Of a DNA stretch of 64,000 nt, positions 32,027 to 41,716 are shown one piece after another. This stretch comes from Shigella phage Sf25, in the sequence record MF327009, one strand, 5' to 3'. How positions within the stretch are numbered: the stretch's first letter is position 1; every line of letters begins with the position of its first letter. The position numbers were made by a program, and so were the translations under genes. The notes below the pieces were generated by a model that saw nothing but the letters and a program-made list of their open reading frames with translations, was not told where the DNA came from and did not search any database.

Positions 32027-33846
32027 TACTGGCTCATCCATTCTTTACGAAGGTCAGCATTATCTCCCATGAGCATTTCAAAAAGCTCTTTCCAGTTCTC
32101 AGGAAGTTTAACAACATCATATACTGGGTTTTGAATCATCTCACGATATTCAGATTTTTCCAAAGAGCCAAGTCCCTTAATATAACGGATGCTATGTTTA
32201 GGTAGAGCATCTTTGGCACTCTCATATTCAGCAACTGTATAAAACCATTCTTGTTTTTTACCGACCTGAGCGATGATTACAGGAGTTTTGACGAAGCGAA
32301 TTCTTCCTTGTTCAAACAGTTCTGGCCAATTACTAAAAAATCCGAGCAGAGAAGGATAAATGCTTCCTAGACCATCATGGTCAGCGTCAGTCATAATGGC
32401 AATATTATGATAATTTAAGTTTTCAGCCTTTTCACCAAGAACTAATCCAGTGATTGCGCAAATATCAAACAGTTCTTTATTTTTAAGCATATCAGCATAT
32501 GACATACCCCAACTGTTGAGAACTTTACCACGTAATGGATAACCACCATGAAGTTCTTTATCACGAACATCAATAAGATATCCGATAGCAGAATCACCCT
32601 CAGTCAAGAAAAGAGTCGTGTCAGCATCTTTACCACAAAGATTCGCTTTAATATGTTTATGAACCTTAGCTTTAGAAGCCTTTTTAGCTGCTTTAGTTTC
32701 TGCTGCTTTTTCTGCCGCCAATTTACGAGCCAAGGCAGCTTCAATAATTGGCATTAAAATTGCTTCATTATTTAAAATAGCACGTGAAATCTTTTTAGCA
32801 TCAAGCTGAATATGACTACGGATTTCACCAAATGGAGAAGTCAGACGCTCTTTAGTTTGAGAATCAAATCGCATGTTTTTCATATCGCGAACAAACATAA
32901 CGATAGTCAAACATTCTTTAACACGTGCTTTAGTTACGTCAATTTTAAATTTACGTTTGATTTGTGGAATAAGGTCTTCACAAATATCATCCATAACACA
33001 GTCAATATGATGACCACCATTCTTAGTATGAATGTTATTGACGTATGTTAATTGACGAAAACCATCCGGTGAACGACCAACCGCAATAGAACAATTTTCT
33101 TGTTCTTGAACAATAGCATGTTCATCATATTGGCGTGCATATTTCTTAAAATTGCCCTGAACCTTTTTACCATTAAAGGTAAATTGAATATCAGGATAAA
33201 CAACAGCAAGTGTCTGGAGACGATCTAATGTAATGTCAAGATAAACTTGGGACAGCTCATTAGTTTCAAATGACATAAAATCAGGAATGAAAGTAACACG
33301 AGTTCCTTTCCATTTTCCAGGAATATCTTCCCATGATTTATTTTCCATGCCATTTGAACAACGAACTACAATATTATTTTGACCGTCGCCAGTTTCACCG
33401 ACAAACATAACAGAAAAAATGTTAGTTAAACTAGAGCCAACACCGTTCATACCGCCAGTGACGCGTTCTTTATCATCGCCGAAGTTACCACCTGCTTTTG
33501 GAATAGTCCAGGCGGCAACAGGACCAGGAATTTCTTCACCAGTAGGTGTTTTAACCATCGCTTGTGGAATACCACGACCGTTATCTTCAACTGTTACTTG
33601 ATTGTTTTTAATAGTAACGTTAATTTTATTTGCGAATTTAAACTTAGTACGAATACCTTCATCTACTGAGTTATCGATAATTTCATCAATAAGCTTAACA
33701 AGACCAGGTACATACTGAACACTTTCCCATTTACCAAACAGAAAGCGCTCATGCATTTCATTAGCTGAAGAGCCAATGTACATGCCGCTACGCTTTTTGA
33801 TATGTTCAATATCGCTCAGAATTTTAATTTCATTCTTAATCATCAC
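32026..33846 (-). CDS. 39: DNA topoisomerase II large subunit gp39 (GyrB-like ATPase), unsplit form that includes the gp60-equivalent C-terminal region
   Basis: 606 aa; GHKL motif IIDNSVDEGIRT; C-terminus ...MTDADHDGLGSIYPSLLGFFSNWPELF... contiguous. Confidence 0.9.
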   Translation of the reverse strand: MMIKNEIKILSDIEHIKKRSGMYIGSSANEMHERFLFGKWESVQYVPGLVKLIDEIIDNSVDEGIRTKFKFANKINVTIKNNQVTVEDNGRGIPQAMVKTPTGEEIPGPVAAWTIPKAGGNFGDDKERVTGGMNGVGSSLTNIFSVMFVGETGDGQNNIVVRCSNGMENKSWEDIPGKWKGTRVTFIPDFMSFETNELSQVYLDITLDRLQTLAVVYPDIQFTFNGKKVQGNFKKYARQYDEHAIVQEQENCSIAVGRSPDGFRQLTYVNNIHTKNGGHHIDCVMDDICEDLIPQIKRKFKIDVTKARVKECLTIVMFVRDMKNMRFDSQTKERLTSPFGEIRSHIQLDAKKISRAILNNEAILMPIIEAALARKLAAEKAAETKAAKKASKAKVHKHIKANLCGKDADTTLFLTEGDSAIGYLIDVRDKELHGGYPLRGKVLNSWGMSYADMLKNKELFDICAITGLVLGEKAENLNYHNIAIMTDADHDGLGSIYPSLLGFFSNWPELFEQGRIRFVKTPVIIAQVGKKQEWFYTVAEYESAKDALPKHSIRYIKGLGSLEKSEYREMIQNPVYDVVKLPENWKELFEMLMGDNADLRKEWMSQ

Positions 33847-33870
33847 TTATCCTCGTTTGGTTTCGGGAAT

Positions 33871-33895
33871 ATTATACTCCGGTAATCATAAAGCT
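33871..33895 (-). promoter_or_regulatory. Candidate MotA-dependent middle promoter for gene 39
   Basis: Minus strand AGCTTTA - 12 nt - TATAAT; weak call. Confidence 0.3.
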
Positions 33896-33912
33896 AAAGG
33901 CCCGAAGGCCTT

Positions 33913-34182
33913 TTATTTAAAACGAATAGTTGAATCCTTAAAGAACAGCCCAGAACATACTGTTCCTTCTACTTTCTGCCCGGTAGGTCCAATAGCACGA
34001 AATCCAGTGTGTTGGAAATCATTTTCAGAGCAACCGAACCAATTGTATCCAGTGATTTCAATATTAGTAAAACCACTTGATGATAAAATTTTAGTTGCAT
34101 TATCAGCATCAGTACATCCTACTAAAGATACTGCTAATACTAATGCTGCGATAGAACGATTAATATATTTCATAATTTTCAC
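33913..34182 (-). CDS. Putative lipoprotein
   Basis: 89 aa; N-terminal signal sequence with lipobox LVGC (MKIMKYINRSIAALVLAVSLVGCTD). Confidence 0.55.
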   Translation of the reverse strand: MKIMKYINRSIAALVLAVSLVGCTDADNATKILSSSGFTNIEITGYNWFGCSENDFQHTGFRAIGPTGQKVEGTVCSGLFFKDSTIRFK

Positions 34183-34550
34183 TTAAATTTAATGGCTTGA
34201 AGAAGACTAATAATTCTCAAACGGCTTCTTTCATCTTTAACTGTAAAAGAAAGAGGGTCGCCAGATTTCATGGTAATAGTGCATTCAAAATCAAAATCTT
34301 CTGTGACTTCTTCGAAGAAGTCAAATTCTTCATCATAAATTAGAACACTACTTTGCAGACTGTGAAGAGTTTTTCCAGCATTTCCAGATGCTGTACCAAT
34401 CATTGTAACATTATGACCTTTCATATCTTCAACGATAAATTCACTAGTCAATATTACAGCATTAATAGAACTATTCCTATTACTAGCAGAAAGTAGAAAT
34501 TTCTGTTCTTCACCTTCGCGAATACGATATTTCTTACCCATTTTAAACAT
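34179..34550 (-). CDS. Hypothetical protein
   Basis: ORF track 123 aa. Confidence 0.5.
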   Translation of the reverse strand: MFKMGKKYRIREGEEQKFLLSASNRNSSINAVILTSEFIVEDMKGHNVTMIGTASGNAGKTLHSLQSSVLIYDEEFDFFEEVTEDFDFECTITMKSGDPLSFTVKDERSRLRIISLLQAIKFK

Positions 34551-34552
34551 AA

Positions 34553-34729
34553 TTATCCCTTAAGTAAGTCGTAAAATCCGCCATTCACATGCTTAGGAGC
34601 AGAAGGCCGACGAGTAGACAAACGATGACATTTAGGGCAAACATCATTTTCTCGTTCAGAAATCTTTTTAATTTTTTCATATTCATGCCCGCAATCTTCG
34701 GATTGGCATTTATAATCATACATCGGCAT
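34553..34729 (-). CDS. Small zinc-ribbon protein (CxxC...CxxC), 58 aa
   Basis: Hand translation MPMYDYKCQSEDCGHEYEKIKKISERENDVCPKCHRLSTRRPSAPKHVNGGFYDLLKG; AAGGA RBS; below the ORF-track length cutoff. Confidence 0.5.
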   Translation of the reverse strand: MPMYDYKCQSEDCGHEYEKIKKISERENDVCPKCHRLSTRRPSAPKHVNGGFYDLLKG

Positions 34730-34731
34730 AA

Positions 34732-35145
34732 TTATTCCTTAAAATGTGCTTTCAGCATTTGATACAAGGACCATGCCTGTTCATTACTTTCAATAGTAAC
34801 TTTCATTATCGGGAATTCTGTAAAATCTTCTATCTGTTCCTGCTCTTCCTGCTCTTCGGCTGCCTGGTATGGATTTTCCACTTCATCAAAGAACTCAGCT
34901 TCGCTCGTTGAAAGCCAGATAAAATCTTCATCCAAAATATCTTTACCAGAAGATAATGCCAATTTTCCACTAGATGTCACAAGTTTAGTAGGACGACCAA
35001 GATAGTCAATATCTGTAACTCTAAAAGGTTCCATACCAAGACGTCGTGCATAAATTCCGTTTTCAGTATGGTCCTTGATAAAATCTTCTTGAGCTTGTTT
35101 ATTTTTAAATTGATACCATTTATTAACTTCAAATTTAATAGCCAT
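34732..35145 (-). CDS. Hypothetical acidic protein
   Basis: ORF track 137 aa. Confidence 0.5.
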   Translation of the reverse strand: MAIKFEVNKWYQFKNKQAQEDFIKDHTENGIYARRLGMEPFRVTDIDYLGRPTKLVTSSGKLALSSGKDILDEDFIWLSTSEAEFFDEVENPYQAAEEQEEQEQIEDFTEFPIMKVTIESNEQAWSLYQMLKAHFKE

Positions 35146-35393
35146 TAATAAATTTCCTTCCAGTAAGTTGTACCGTCTTCAGTGATTTCGCGAAATACAC
35201 CGTAAATTGGTTGTTTATCACCGACTTTTTCATACACATAAACCGAAGTCAAGTGAGTGAACTTGTTGGTATGCTCTTTTTGAACTACTACCAAATTTGG
35301 GTCGAATAATACATCTTCAAATTCGTCATTAGTGCAATTCTGAACAATTTTACGTTTCATTACAATTTCCTCATTAATTGAACAGCGGAGCAA
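35145..35393 (-). CDS. Hypothetical protein
   Basis: ORF track 82 aa. Confidence 0.5.
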   Translation of the reverse strand: MLRCSINEEIVMKRKIVQNCTNDEFEDVLFDPNLVVVQKEHTNKFTHLTSVYVYEKVGDKQPIYGVFREITEDGTTYWKEIY

Positions 35394-35643
35394 TACGTTT
35401 CAGAAGAGTAGCAGCACCTTTAGCGAATTTTACATCATGGAAAACGGTTTCTTCTTCTGTAACAACTCGAGCTTTAATATTTTCACAATCAAAGTGTTTG
35501 CGAACAATCTTCAAAAGCTGTAATAAATCTTTACATTCAGCAATATCAATAACATATCCACGGGAATCTTCCATTATCGCACGATAACCGTAAGCCATAC
35601 CATAATCGTTGAAAGATTGCTCGATGATAATTAAATTTTCCAT
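35374..35643 (-). CDS. Hypothetical protein
   Basis: Probable start MENLIIIEQ with GGAG RBS; 89 aa. Confidence 0.5.
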   Translation of the reverse strand: MENLIIIEQSFNDYGMAYGYRAIMEDSRGYVIDIAECKDLLQLLKIVRKHFDCENIKARVVTEEETVFHDVKFAKGAATLLKRIAPLFN

Positions 35644-35666
35644 TTTATTCTCCAAGTTTTTCTGTA

Positions 35667-35709
35667 TCAGTAGTTGATATTGATATAGTACCATAATCAA
35701 CTACTGATG
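35667..35709. repeat. Perfect 13-bp inverted repeat (ATCAGTAGTTGAT / ATCAACTACTGAT) with 17-bp spacer, bracketing a promoter-like -10 element
   Basis: Arms at 35667-35679 and 35697-35709 are exact reverse complements. Confidence 0.7.
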
Positions 35710-35747
35710 TATATAGTTTTATGAAAAATTTTAAACTTTATGCAAAT

Positions 35748-36167
35748 TTATGCTAAAGCTGCTTCGCACCATTTTTTAATTTGGAATTCAGGAACTACCA
35801 TGAACTGGCCTGCAAAAACAATATTGTAGAGCTTGACACCATCTTCTACCCAACGGTCAGAAATAAAACCAGCGACTTGATTCGTTGTCCATGGAGTTCC
35901 ATCTGTTGCTGCCGCAATTGTGAATTTATGGTCTTTTACAACTAAAACTGAAGAACAAAGTTTCCATTTAAATGCGCTTTCTTCTGGCTCAATGAATTGG
36001 CTTGAGACGTAACCAATGTTACCATCGGCGTCACGAACTTTAACCTCGTTACGACCAAAAACTGGATCACTTACAGAAAGAACTTCAACCAGCTTTCCTG
36101 CAACTTTAGAACGAGAAGCAACGGATACATATACGTAATCACCAATAGAGAGATTTACAATATTCAT
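35748..36167 (-). CDS. Hypothetical protein, member 1 of a tandem paralogous triplet
   Basis: 139 aa; C-terminal motif GFISDRWVEDGVKLYNIVFAGQFMVVPE shared with the next two ORFs. Confidence 0.55.
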   Translation of the reverse strand: MNIVNLSIGDYVYVSVASRSKVAGKLVEVLSVSDPVFGRNEVKVRDADGNIGYVSSQFIEPEESAFKWKLCSSVLVVKDHKFTIAAATDGTPWTTNQVAGFISDRWVEDGVKLYNIVFAGQFMVVPEFQIKKWCEAALA

Positions 36168-36176
36168 AATAATTCC

Positions 36177-36650
36177 TTAAGCTTTACGAGGAGAAACATA
36201 ACGAGTGATTTCAGATTCTTCAACAACTCGGAAGTCACCTAAAAATACAATATTGTATAGCTTTTTACCGTCTTCAATCCATTGGTCTGTGATGAAGCCA
36301 CACATCCTATCAGTTTTACTTGGACCAGCGAAATCATCAATATAATCAAATTCTTCATCAGTTACAAATTCAACGCCTTTACACAACGCCCATTTAAATT
36401 GTGCATTAGACTCAGTGGATTCAACTTCTTCAACAGAAGCAAAATGAGCGCTAACATGAGTTTCCAAAAATTTAGGACTTACGTAAGCGTACTGAGTTTC
36501 AGTTTTTCCAGAACTAGGAATGATTCGAACTTTAACTTCTTTAACACGACCAGTACCATTAGTACGAAGTCCTACCACTTCAACTAGACGACCTGCAGCT
36601 TTAGAACGAGATGCAGACGATACACGCTTAATTTCACCAATAGTAATCAT
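36177..36650 (-). CDS. Hypothetical protein, member 2 of the paralogous triplet
   Basis: Probable start MITIGEIKRV (157 aa); C-terminal GFITDQWIEDGKKLYNIVFLGDFRVVEE. Confidence 0.55.
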   Translation of the reverse strand: MITIGEIKRVSSASRSKAAGRLVEVVGLRTNGTGRVKEVKVRIIPSSGKTETQYAYVSPKFLETHVSAHFASVEEVESTESNAQFKWALCKGVEFVTDEEFDYIDDFAGPSKTDRMCGFITDQWIEDGKKLYNIVFLGDFRVVEESEITRYVSPRKA

Positions 36651-36693
36651 AATTTTTCTCTCTTTGTTGTTAAGATTTATACTCCACAGGACC

Positions 36694-36723
36694 ATTATAC
36701 TCTGGTCCCAAGAGTTTGTAAAC
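36694..36723 (-). promoter_or_regulatory. Putative early promoter (GTTTAC-N18-TATAAT)
   Basis: Reverse complement GTTTACAAACTCTTGGGACCAGAGTATAAT. Confidence 0.45.
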
Positions 36724-37223
36724 TAGTTTACATGAACATTAATCATTGCGCTGCGAGGAACTACGGAATACTCTCCAGCATGAACTACGTTCAGAAGTTC
36801 AACACCATTTTCAATCCATTGGTCAGTTACCCATCCATTTACTGGACCAGCGAATGGGCGTCGAATTGAAACATATTTACACAGCAGATCTGTAGGATCT
36901 GGAATTTTTTCAACTGGTGTTACATACATAGAAACTAAATCCATATCAATATGGGATTTTTCCTGTTCTTCTTTTTCAATTTCTGTCAATAAATTAAAAT
37001 CTTCTTCATAGATGATTAATGATGATACCTTTCCATAATAGTTTCTAATTTCCATGTACATCATACCAATGAGAATTCCATTATTAACACTAATAACAGT
37101 AAAAGGATATCCGCCAGTTGTACTAAGAAGTTCCCAAAACTTGCTATCAGTCGTATTCGACGTTGTCTGGAAATCAATTTCAGACGGTTTTTTCATTTGA
37201 TACGCAGCATTAATTTTAATCAT
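36723..37223 (-). CDS. Hypothetical protein, member 3 of the paralogous triplet
   Basis: 166 aa; C-terminal GWVTDQWIENGVELLNVVHAGEYSVVPR. Confidence 0.55.
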   Translation of the reverse strand: MIKINAAYQMKKPSEIDFQTTSNTTDSKFWELLSTTGGYPFTVISVNNGILIGMMYMEIRNYYGKVSSLIIYEEDFNLLTEIEKEEQEKSHIDMDLVSMYVTPVEKIPDPTDLLCKYVSIRRPFAGPVNGWVTDQWIENGVELLNVVHAGEYSVVPRSAMINVHVN

Positions 37224-37232
37224 ATTTTTCCC

Positions 37233-37736
37233 TTAATCTAAGGTAATAAAGCCTTTTAATTCGGCATGGGATTTACGGAACATTACTTGATGCCCACCAA
37301 TGATAACTTTATCTTCAGGAACTTCATATATAGCGAGATAAAATCCTTTAGAAGATAATTCTTCACGCTCTTCTCGTGTGAACCATCTCATCATATCATA
37401 TTCACTAGCAAAAGCAAAATGATAAAGAGCTATAAACCATCCTGGAATATAGTGATCTACGCCTACATATTCTTCTTTCTCAAAATTAGTATTAATTGCT
37501 ATATTAGCATTTTTAACTAATAATTTGTCTTCACGCGGAACAGGAATTCTTTTATTATCATTACTATGGTGCATAAAATTAGGCCTGTCATAACCTACAC
37601 GTAATAACCACTCTTCACTCCATGAATCTATTATACTCCTGTACGGAGTTATTTGAACACAAAGATCTCGACGTATTGTTATAGCATCTTCATAATTAAG
37701 AATACTAAATGATGATTCAACACGATAAATTTTCAT
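37233..37736 (-). CDS. Hypothetical protein
   Basis: Probable start MKIYRVESS with GAGGA RBS; 167 aa. Confidence 0.5.
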   Translation of the reverse strand: MKIYRVESSFSILNYEDAITIRRDLCVQITPYRSIIDSWSEEWLLRVGYDRPNFMHHSNDNKRIPVPREDKLLVKNANIAINTNFEKEEYVGVDHYIPGWFIALYHFAFASEYDMMRWFTREEREELSSKGFYLAIYEVPEDKVIIGGHQVMFRKSHAELKGFITLD

Positions 37737-37763
37737 TTTATTATCCTCAGTAGCTATGGTGTT

Positions 37764-37793
37764 ATAATACCACAACTAACCGAGGAAGTAAAC
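37764..37793 (-). promoter_or_regulatory. Putative early promoter (GTTTAC-N18-TATTAT)
   Basis: Reverse complement GTTTACTTCCTCGGTTAGTTGTGGTATTAT. Confidence 0.45.
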
Positions 37794-37799
37794 AACTTT

Positions 37800-38483
37800 T
37801 TATCGTTTAGTTGGAAGAGATAGAGGATCGCATTCTTCCTCTGATGGAGCGTCTTCTAGACCCATAGCATAGCGCAAAGCATACTTCATCATCAGGATGT
37901 CTTTCGCACAGTCATGAATAGAATCATGTGCAACGAATCCATCTAAAGTTCCCTTTGGAAGAGGACACGTGGTCATATCACGAACAAGCAGAAGTGCTTC
38001 AATTCTAGTACGAATGTCGCGTTGATTCCAGAATTTACAAGGTTCTAACTTAAATGTATCAAGTTCATTTTCAGAAACACCGTTGAAGCGCTGAATATCA
38101 CGAATAAGATCAACTAAAATTGGAAAATCAAATGACATTCCACGACACCAACCCTGAGATTTCCAAGGATCGATATTATGTGCATTGATGTAATCATTGA
38201 ATTTTGCAATACCATCAACGGTGCTTACATCTTCATCTGATGGTGCAATATTTTTTCTAGCTTCAGGCGATTGATTTTTCCACCATTCAATAGTGCTTTT
38301 AGTAAAAAGACGGTGTCCTTTTTGACTTTTTAAGTCAAATTTAATTTTAATGCCACGTGAAACTAGTTCATCGAATGTTTCAACAACTTCCGGGTTAGGG
38401 TCAAAAGCAATTACAGCCAAATCAATAACAGCTGCTTTTTCACCACTTCCCATCGTTTCAAAATCTATAATAAAATCAAACAT
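37800..38483 (-). CDS. dexA: Exonuclease A (DnaQ-like 3'-5' exonuclease)
   Basis: 227 aa MFDFIIDFETMGSGEKAAVIDLAVIAF... (DEDD exonuclease motif). Confidence 0.85.
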   Translation of the reverse strand: MFDFIIDFETMGSGEKAAVIDLAVIAFDPNPEVVETFDELVSRGIKIKFDLKSQKGHRLFTKSTIEWWKNQSPEARKNIAPSDEDVSTVDGIAKFNDYINAHNIDPWKSQGWCRGMSFDFPILVDLIRDIQRFNGVSENELDTFKLEPCKFWNQRDIRTRIEALLLVRDMTTCPLPKGTLDGFVAHDSIHDCAKDILMMKYALRYAMGLEDAPSEEECDPLSLPTKR

Positions 38484-38758
38484 TAAATTTTCCTCGCTAA
38501 ATCGCGAATTTGACCTACAGTATAATCTTGGATATAAACTTTATTAATAGGCTCATCAATAAATTTTGCCATAGATTCAATATCTTTTTGTATCTCTTCA
38601 AGACTGTATACTATCTTTGAAGCTTTTTCGCGAATAGTAACATTATCAGGTCCTGGATTTTCTTGAATGACAGCTTTAACATTTGCCATAAGAGATTTAA
38701 ATTGGTACAAACTTAATTCAATCATTAATAACCGCCTTATAAAGATGGCTAATTTCAC
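38483..38758 (-). CDS. Hypothetical protein (weak paralog of the next ORF)
   Basis: 91 aa; motif LEEIQKDIES...DYTVGQI. Confidence 0.45.
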   Translation of the reverse strand: MKLAIFIRRLLMIELSLYQFKSLMANVKAVIQENPGPDNVTIREKASKIVYSLEEIQKDIESMAKFIDEPINKVYIQDYTVGQIRDLARKI

Positions 38759-38978
38759 CTAAAACATAATCACTGATTGTAACAGTTTTCACTTCGCCAC
38801 AAAAGAATTCTAACGCAATTAAATCTCGTTCAATTTCTTCTAATTGAAGCATTAACTTGCCTGATTCAATTTTCACGTTTTTGCGATTTTTACTATAAGC
38901 TAATTCATAAATTTCACTTACTTTATCTTGAAGAAGATAAAATTGATCTTTAGTTATTTCCACGAATAGCTTCCTCAA
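38718..38978 (-). CDS. Hypothetical protein
   Basis: 86 aa; motif LEEIERDLIA...DYVLGEI. Confidence 0.45.
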   Translation of the reverse strand: MRKLFVEITKDQFYLLQDKVSEIYELAYSKNRKNVKIESGKLMLQLEEIERDLIALEFFCGEVKTVTISDYVLGEISHLYKAVIND

Positions 38979-39210
38979 ATTTGATTAGTAATTTACAGAT
39001 ACTTTCATCTAATGAAATCGACGTATCCGTATTACTATGATAAGACTGTTTTTCAATTCGTTTAATTGCAAGTATAGTATCACTTATAAGATTAAGCTTA
39101 TAAAGGAGCTCAGCTCCTGTTACCATAACATCGAGATTATCTTGCTTATCGGTGTGCATCTTTATACCATCGATTAAGCGATTTAAATATTTTAAATTGA
39201 TGTTAATCAT
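38950..39210 (-). CDS. Hypothetical protein
   Basis: ORF track 86 aa. Confidence 0.45.
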   Translation of the reverse strand: MININLKYLNRLIDGIKMHTDKQDNLDVMVTGAELLYKLNLISDTILAIKRIEKQSYHSNTDTSISLDESICKLLIKFEEAIRGNN

Positions 39211-39216
39211 ATATCC

Positions 39217-40536
39217 TCACACATAAAATACATCATAACGACCACGAGTTACACCAACATAAAGAAGCTGCTGAGCTAGTTCAGCGTCTGCATAATGAAT
39301 GCAAGGCGTATAAATGAAAGCACGATCTACAGACATACCCTGAGCTTTATGAAATGTTGATGCAGGAAGTGCTTTCACTTTACTAAACTGTGATTTAGCA
39401 TCCCAAAAATCGCTCCAAGGTGCTTTTCCGCCTTTGTTCCAATTTTTATAAGTTTCTGCTGTTTTACCTAAAAATAGGTTAAACTTATACAATTCTTCAT
39501 CAGATGAAATTATTTTAATCTTTTCACGATAATATTCATCATCACCATAAGTTTCTACTGTTAAATCCCAATGACGAATTAGATATTCTCCAGGAACACC
39601 ACGAGCTTTAACAAACGTTGATGTATACTCTGCTTCTATAATACGAACTAACTGTCCATTGTTAAAAATAATTTCTGATACCGGTTTTCCGTCAATTTTA
39701 TATGTTTTAATTAACGGTTCTTGCATTACAATAATTTCACCAACAATAAAATCTTTATCAGTTTCAAAAATCTTTTTACGAATAATGCTATTTAACTTGT
39801 CAACGGATTTATTCGTAAATGCCATTACGCGATTTTCAAACAAATCATCTAGTGATTTAACGATTGAAAAATAATTTACCATAAAATCACGTAAAGCGGT
39901 ATCACCTGTAAATCCGCGTACTCCATGACCATCAATGATTTTATCATAAATCCATTTGCCATTACGAACATCAGTAGCTACATCAATAATAGGAGCATTA
40001 CTACGTTTAACTTCAGTAAGTTCACATTGATAAAAATCTTTATGCGTAAAGAATGGACTGATATAAGCAGTATTTTCTCCTGGATCAACAGGCCTAATTT
40101 GCTTATTATCGCCTATTCCAATTATAGTACACCACGGTGGGATAGTTGAAAGCAAAATTTTGAAGAGCTTTCTATCATACATTGATACTTCGTCACAGAT
40201 TAAAACTCGACATTTAGCTAAATCTGGTACTTCTTTTTGTTCAAAAAGAACGTTTTCTTCATACGTAACTGGGTTAATTTTAAGAATACTGTGAATAGTA
40301 CTCGCTTCTTTCCCTGACAGTTTTGAAAGAATCTTTTTAGCTGCATGAGTAGGAGCTGCTAAAATAATACCAGTTTCGCCTGTAGATATTAAAGCTTCAA
40401 TGATGAATTTTGTAAGAGTAGTCTTACCAGTACCAGCAGGTCCATTAATAGTTACATGATGTTTCTTTTCTTTAATAGCCCTCATAACGATGTTAAAGGC
40501 ATTTTTCTGGCCTTCTGTCAAATCATCAAATGTCAT
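39217..40536 (-). CDS. dda: DNA helicase Dda (SF1B)
   Basis: 439 aa; Walker A GPAGTGKTT. Confidence 0.92.
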   Translation of the reverse strand: MTFDDLTEGQKNAFNIVMRAIKEKKHHVTINGPAGTGKTTLTKFIIEALISTGETGIILAAPTHAAKKILSKLSGKEASTIHSILKINPVTYEENVLFEQKEVPDLAKCRVLICDEVSMYDRKLFKILLSTIPPWCTIIGIGDNKQIRPVDPGENTAYISPFFTHKDFYQCELTEVKRSNAPIIDVATDVRNGKWIYDKIIDGHGVRGFTGDTALRDFMVNYFSIVKSLDDLFENRVMAFTNKSVDKLNSIIRKKIFETDKDFIVGEIIVMQEPLIKTYKIDGKPVSEIIFNNGQLVRIIEAEYTSTFVKARGVPGEYLIRHWDLTVETYGDDEYYREKIKIISSDEELYKFNLFLGKTAETYKNWNKGGKAPWSDFWDAKSQFSKVKALPASTFHKAQGMSVDRAFIYTPCIHYADAELAQQLLYVGVTRGRYDVFYV

Positions 40537-40844
40537 CGGAAAGTCCCTGCAATTGGAATACTAACAATACGCCCAGTATCTAAAATTCGCTGATATAATC
40601 TTTGTGTGTCTACGTCAGGCTTAACATGTTTAACTTCTATTTTATTAAACCAAAACTTGCGTGGAGTCTCAACTAGTCTTGGAATTCCCATACCTAAAGC
40701 TAGTTTATATTGGTCTTTGAGAGTAGTAAAAACTCTATCAGCAATCTCTCTTTCAAAAAACACAGCAGGACGATGTTCATCAAGTGGAACTGGCGCCGTA
40801 AATCCGTCTTTGTCTCGGTAAACTATCGCATATACATAAACCAT
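40533..40844 (-). CDS. Hypothetical protein
   Basis: ORF track 103 aa; ATGA-type overlap with dda. Confidence 0.5.
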   Translation of the reverse strand: MVYVYAIVYRDKDGFTAPVPLDEHRPAVFFEREIADRVFTTLKDQYKLALGMGIPRLVETPRKFWFNKIEVKHVKPDVDTQRLYQRILDTGRIVSIPIAGTFR

Positions 40845-40845
40845 A

Positions 40846-41592
40846 TTATCCTCGGATAAGTTTAAAAATTGAACAATTTAGCGGGTATCCTCTTTTCAGT
40901 TTAAGTTTATCAATAAAAGACAAGTTTTGATACCGCTCTACACCTTGAATAATTTTATCACACATATCATATTGCATTTCTGCTTCTGACAACTTTTTCA
41001 CAATTTTCCAATCCGAGCCTTTAAGAAGAACGTTCAGTTTAACAACTTCTGCGCCTTCTGCTATGCGAGAACCATCAATACGAGCTTTAAGTGCTATAAT
41101 CCTTAGCTTAATGTCAGAGGTCTGTTTTGATTTAGAAAGCTGAGAAATGTGTTCAATTCGATTTTCACGCTTTTTCTGTATAGCTTTAATTTGATTATAA
41201 GTCTTTTTGATTTTAGCCCATTTCTTTTCATCTAAATTTAGTTTATGAACTTTTTTCGCAGATGAACGACCAATTCGCAAAGCAAATAAATCCCGTTTTT
41301 CAATCAACTCTTCTAAAGTATAATCAGAACGAAATGTATTATACTTTTTCTTAACAGGGATAACATTTCCTTTAATATATCCAATGTCATTATTAAAACG
41401 TTCTAATGATAATTTCTCTCCTTCAATACGATTATCAAAAGGTTCTCCTGAATAGGCACAAACTTTTTGATCTAAAATGTTCTTAATGTAATTGAAGTCT
41501 AAGTTAAAATCTTTAGAACGTCTTTTTGCAGATGCCTGAGTGTGCTCTAAACGACGTTTAATTTTACGAATTTGGTTATTAGACAGTTTCAT
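40846..41592 (-). CDS. Hypothetical basic protein, possibly Srd
   Basis: 248 aa; position between dda and modA/modB. Confidence 0.5.
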   Translation of the reverse strand: MKLSNNQIRKIKRRLEHTQASAKRRSKDFNLDFNYIKNILDQKVCAYSGEPFDNRIEGEKLSLERFNNDIGYIKGNVIPVKKKYNTFRSDYTLEELIEKRDLFALRIGRSSAKKVHKLNLDEKKWAKIKKTYNQIKAIQKKRENRIEHISQLSKSKQTSDIKLRIIALKARIDGSRIAEGAEVVKLNVLLKGSDWKIVKKLSEAEMQYDMCDKIIQGVERYQNLSFIDKLKLKRGYPLNCSIFKLIRG

Positions 41593-41630
41593 ATTTTTCT
41601 CACATCTTACGGACGATTTAATACTTTATT

Positions 41631-41660
41631 ACTATAACATTTTTACTTCAGATTGTAAAC
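41631..41660 (-). promoter_or_regulatory. Putative early promoter (GTTTAC-N18-TATAGT)
   Basis: Reverse complement GTTTACAATCTGAAGTAAAAATGTTATAGT. Confidence 0.45.
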
Positions 41661-41716
41661 AACTTTATGCAAAATGCTTTAAAACTTTCATGGTATAATG
41701 AATCTAAGTCCTTCCA

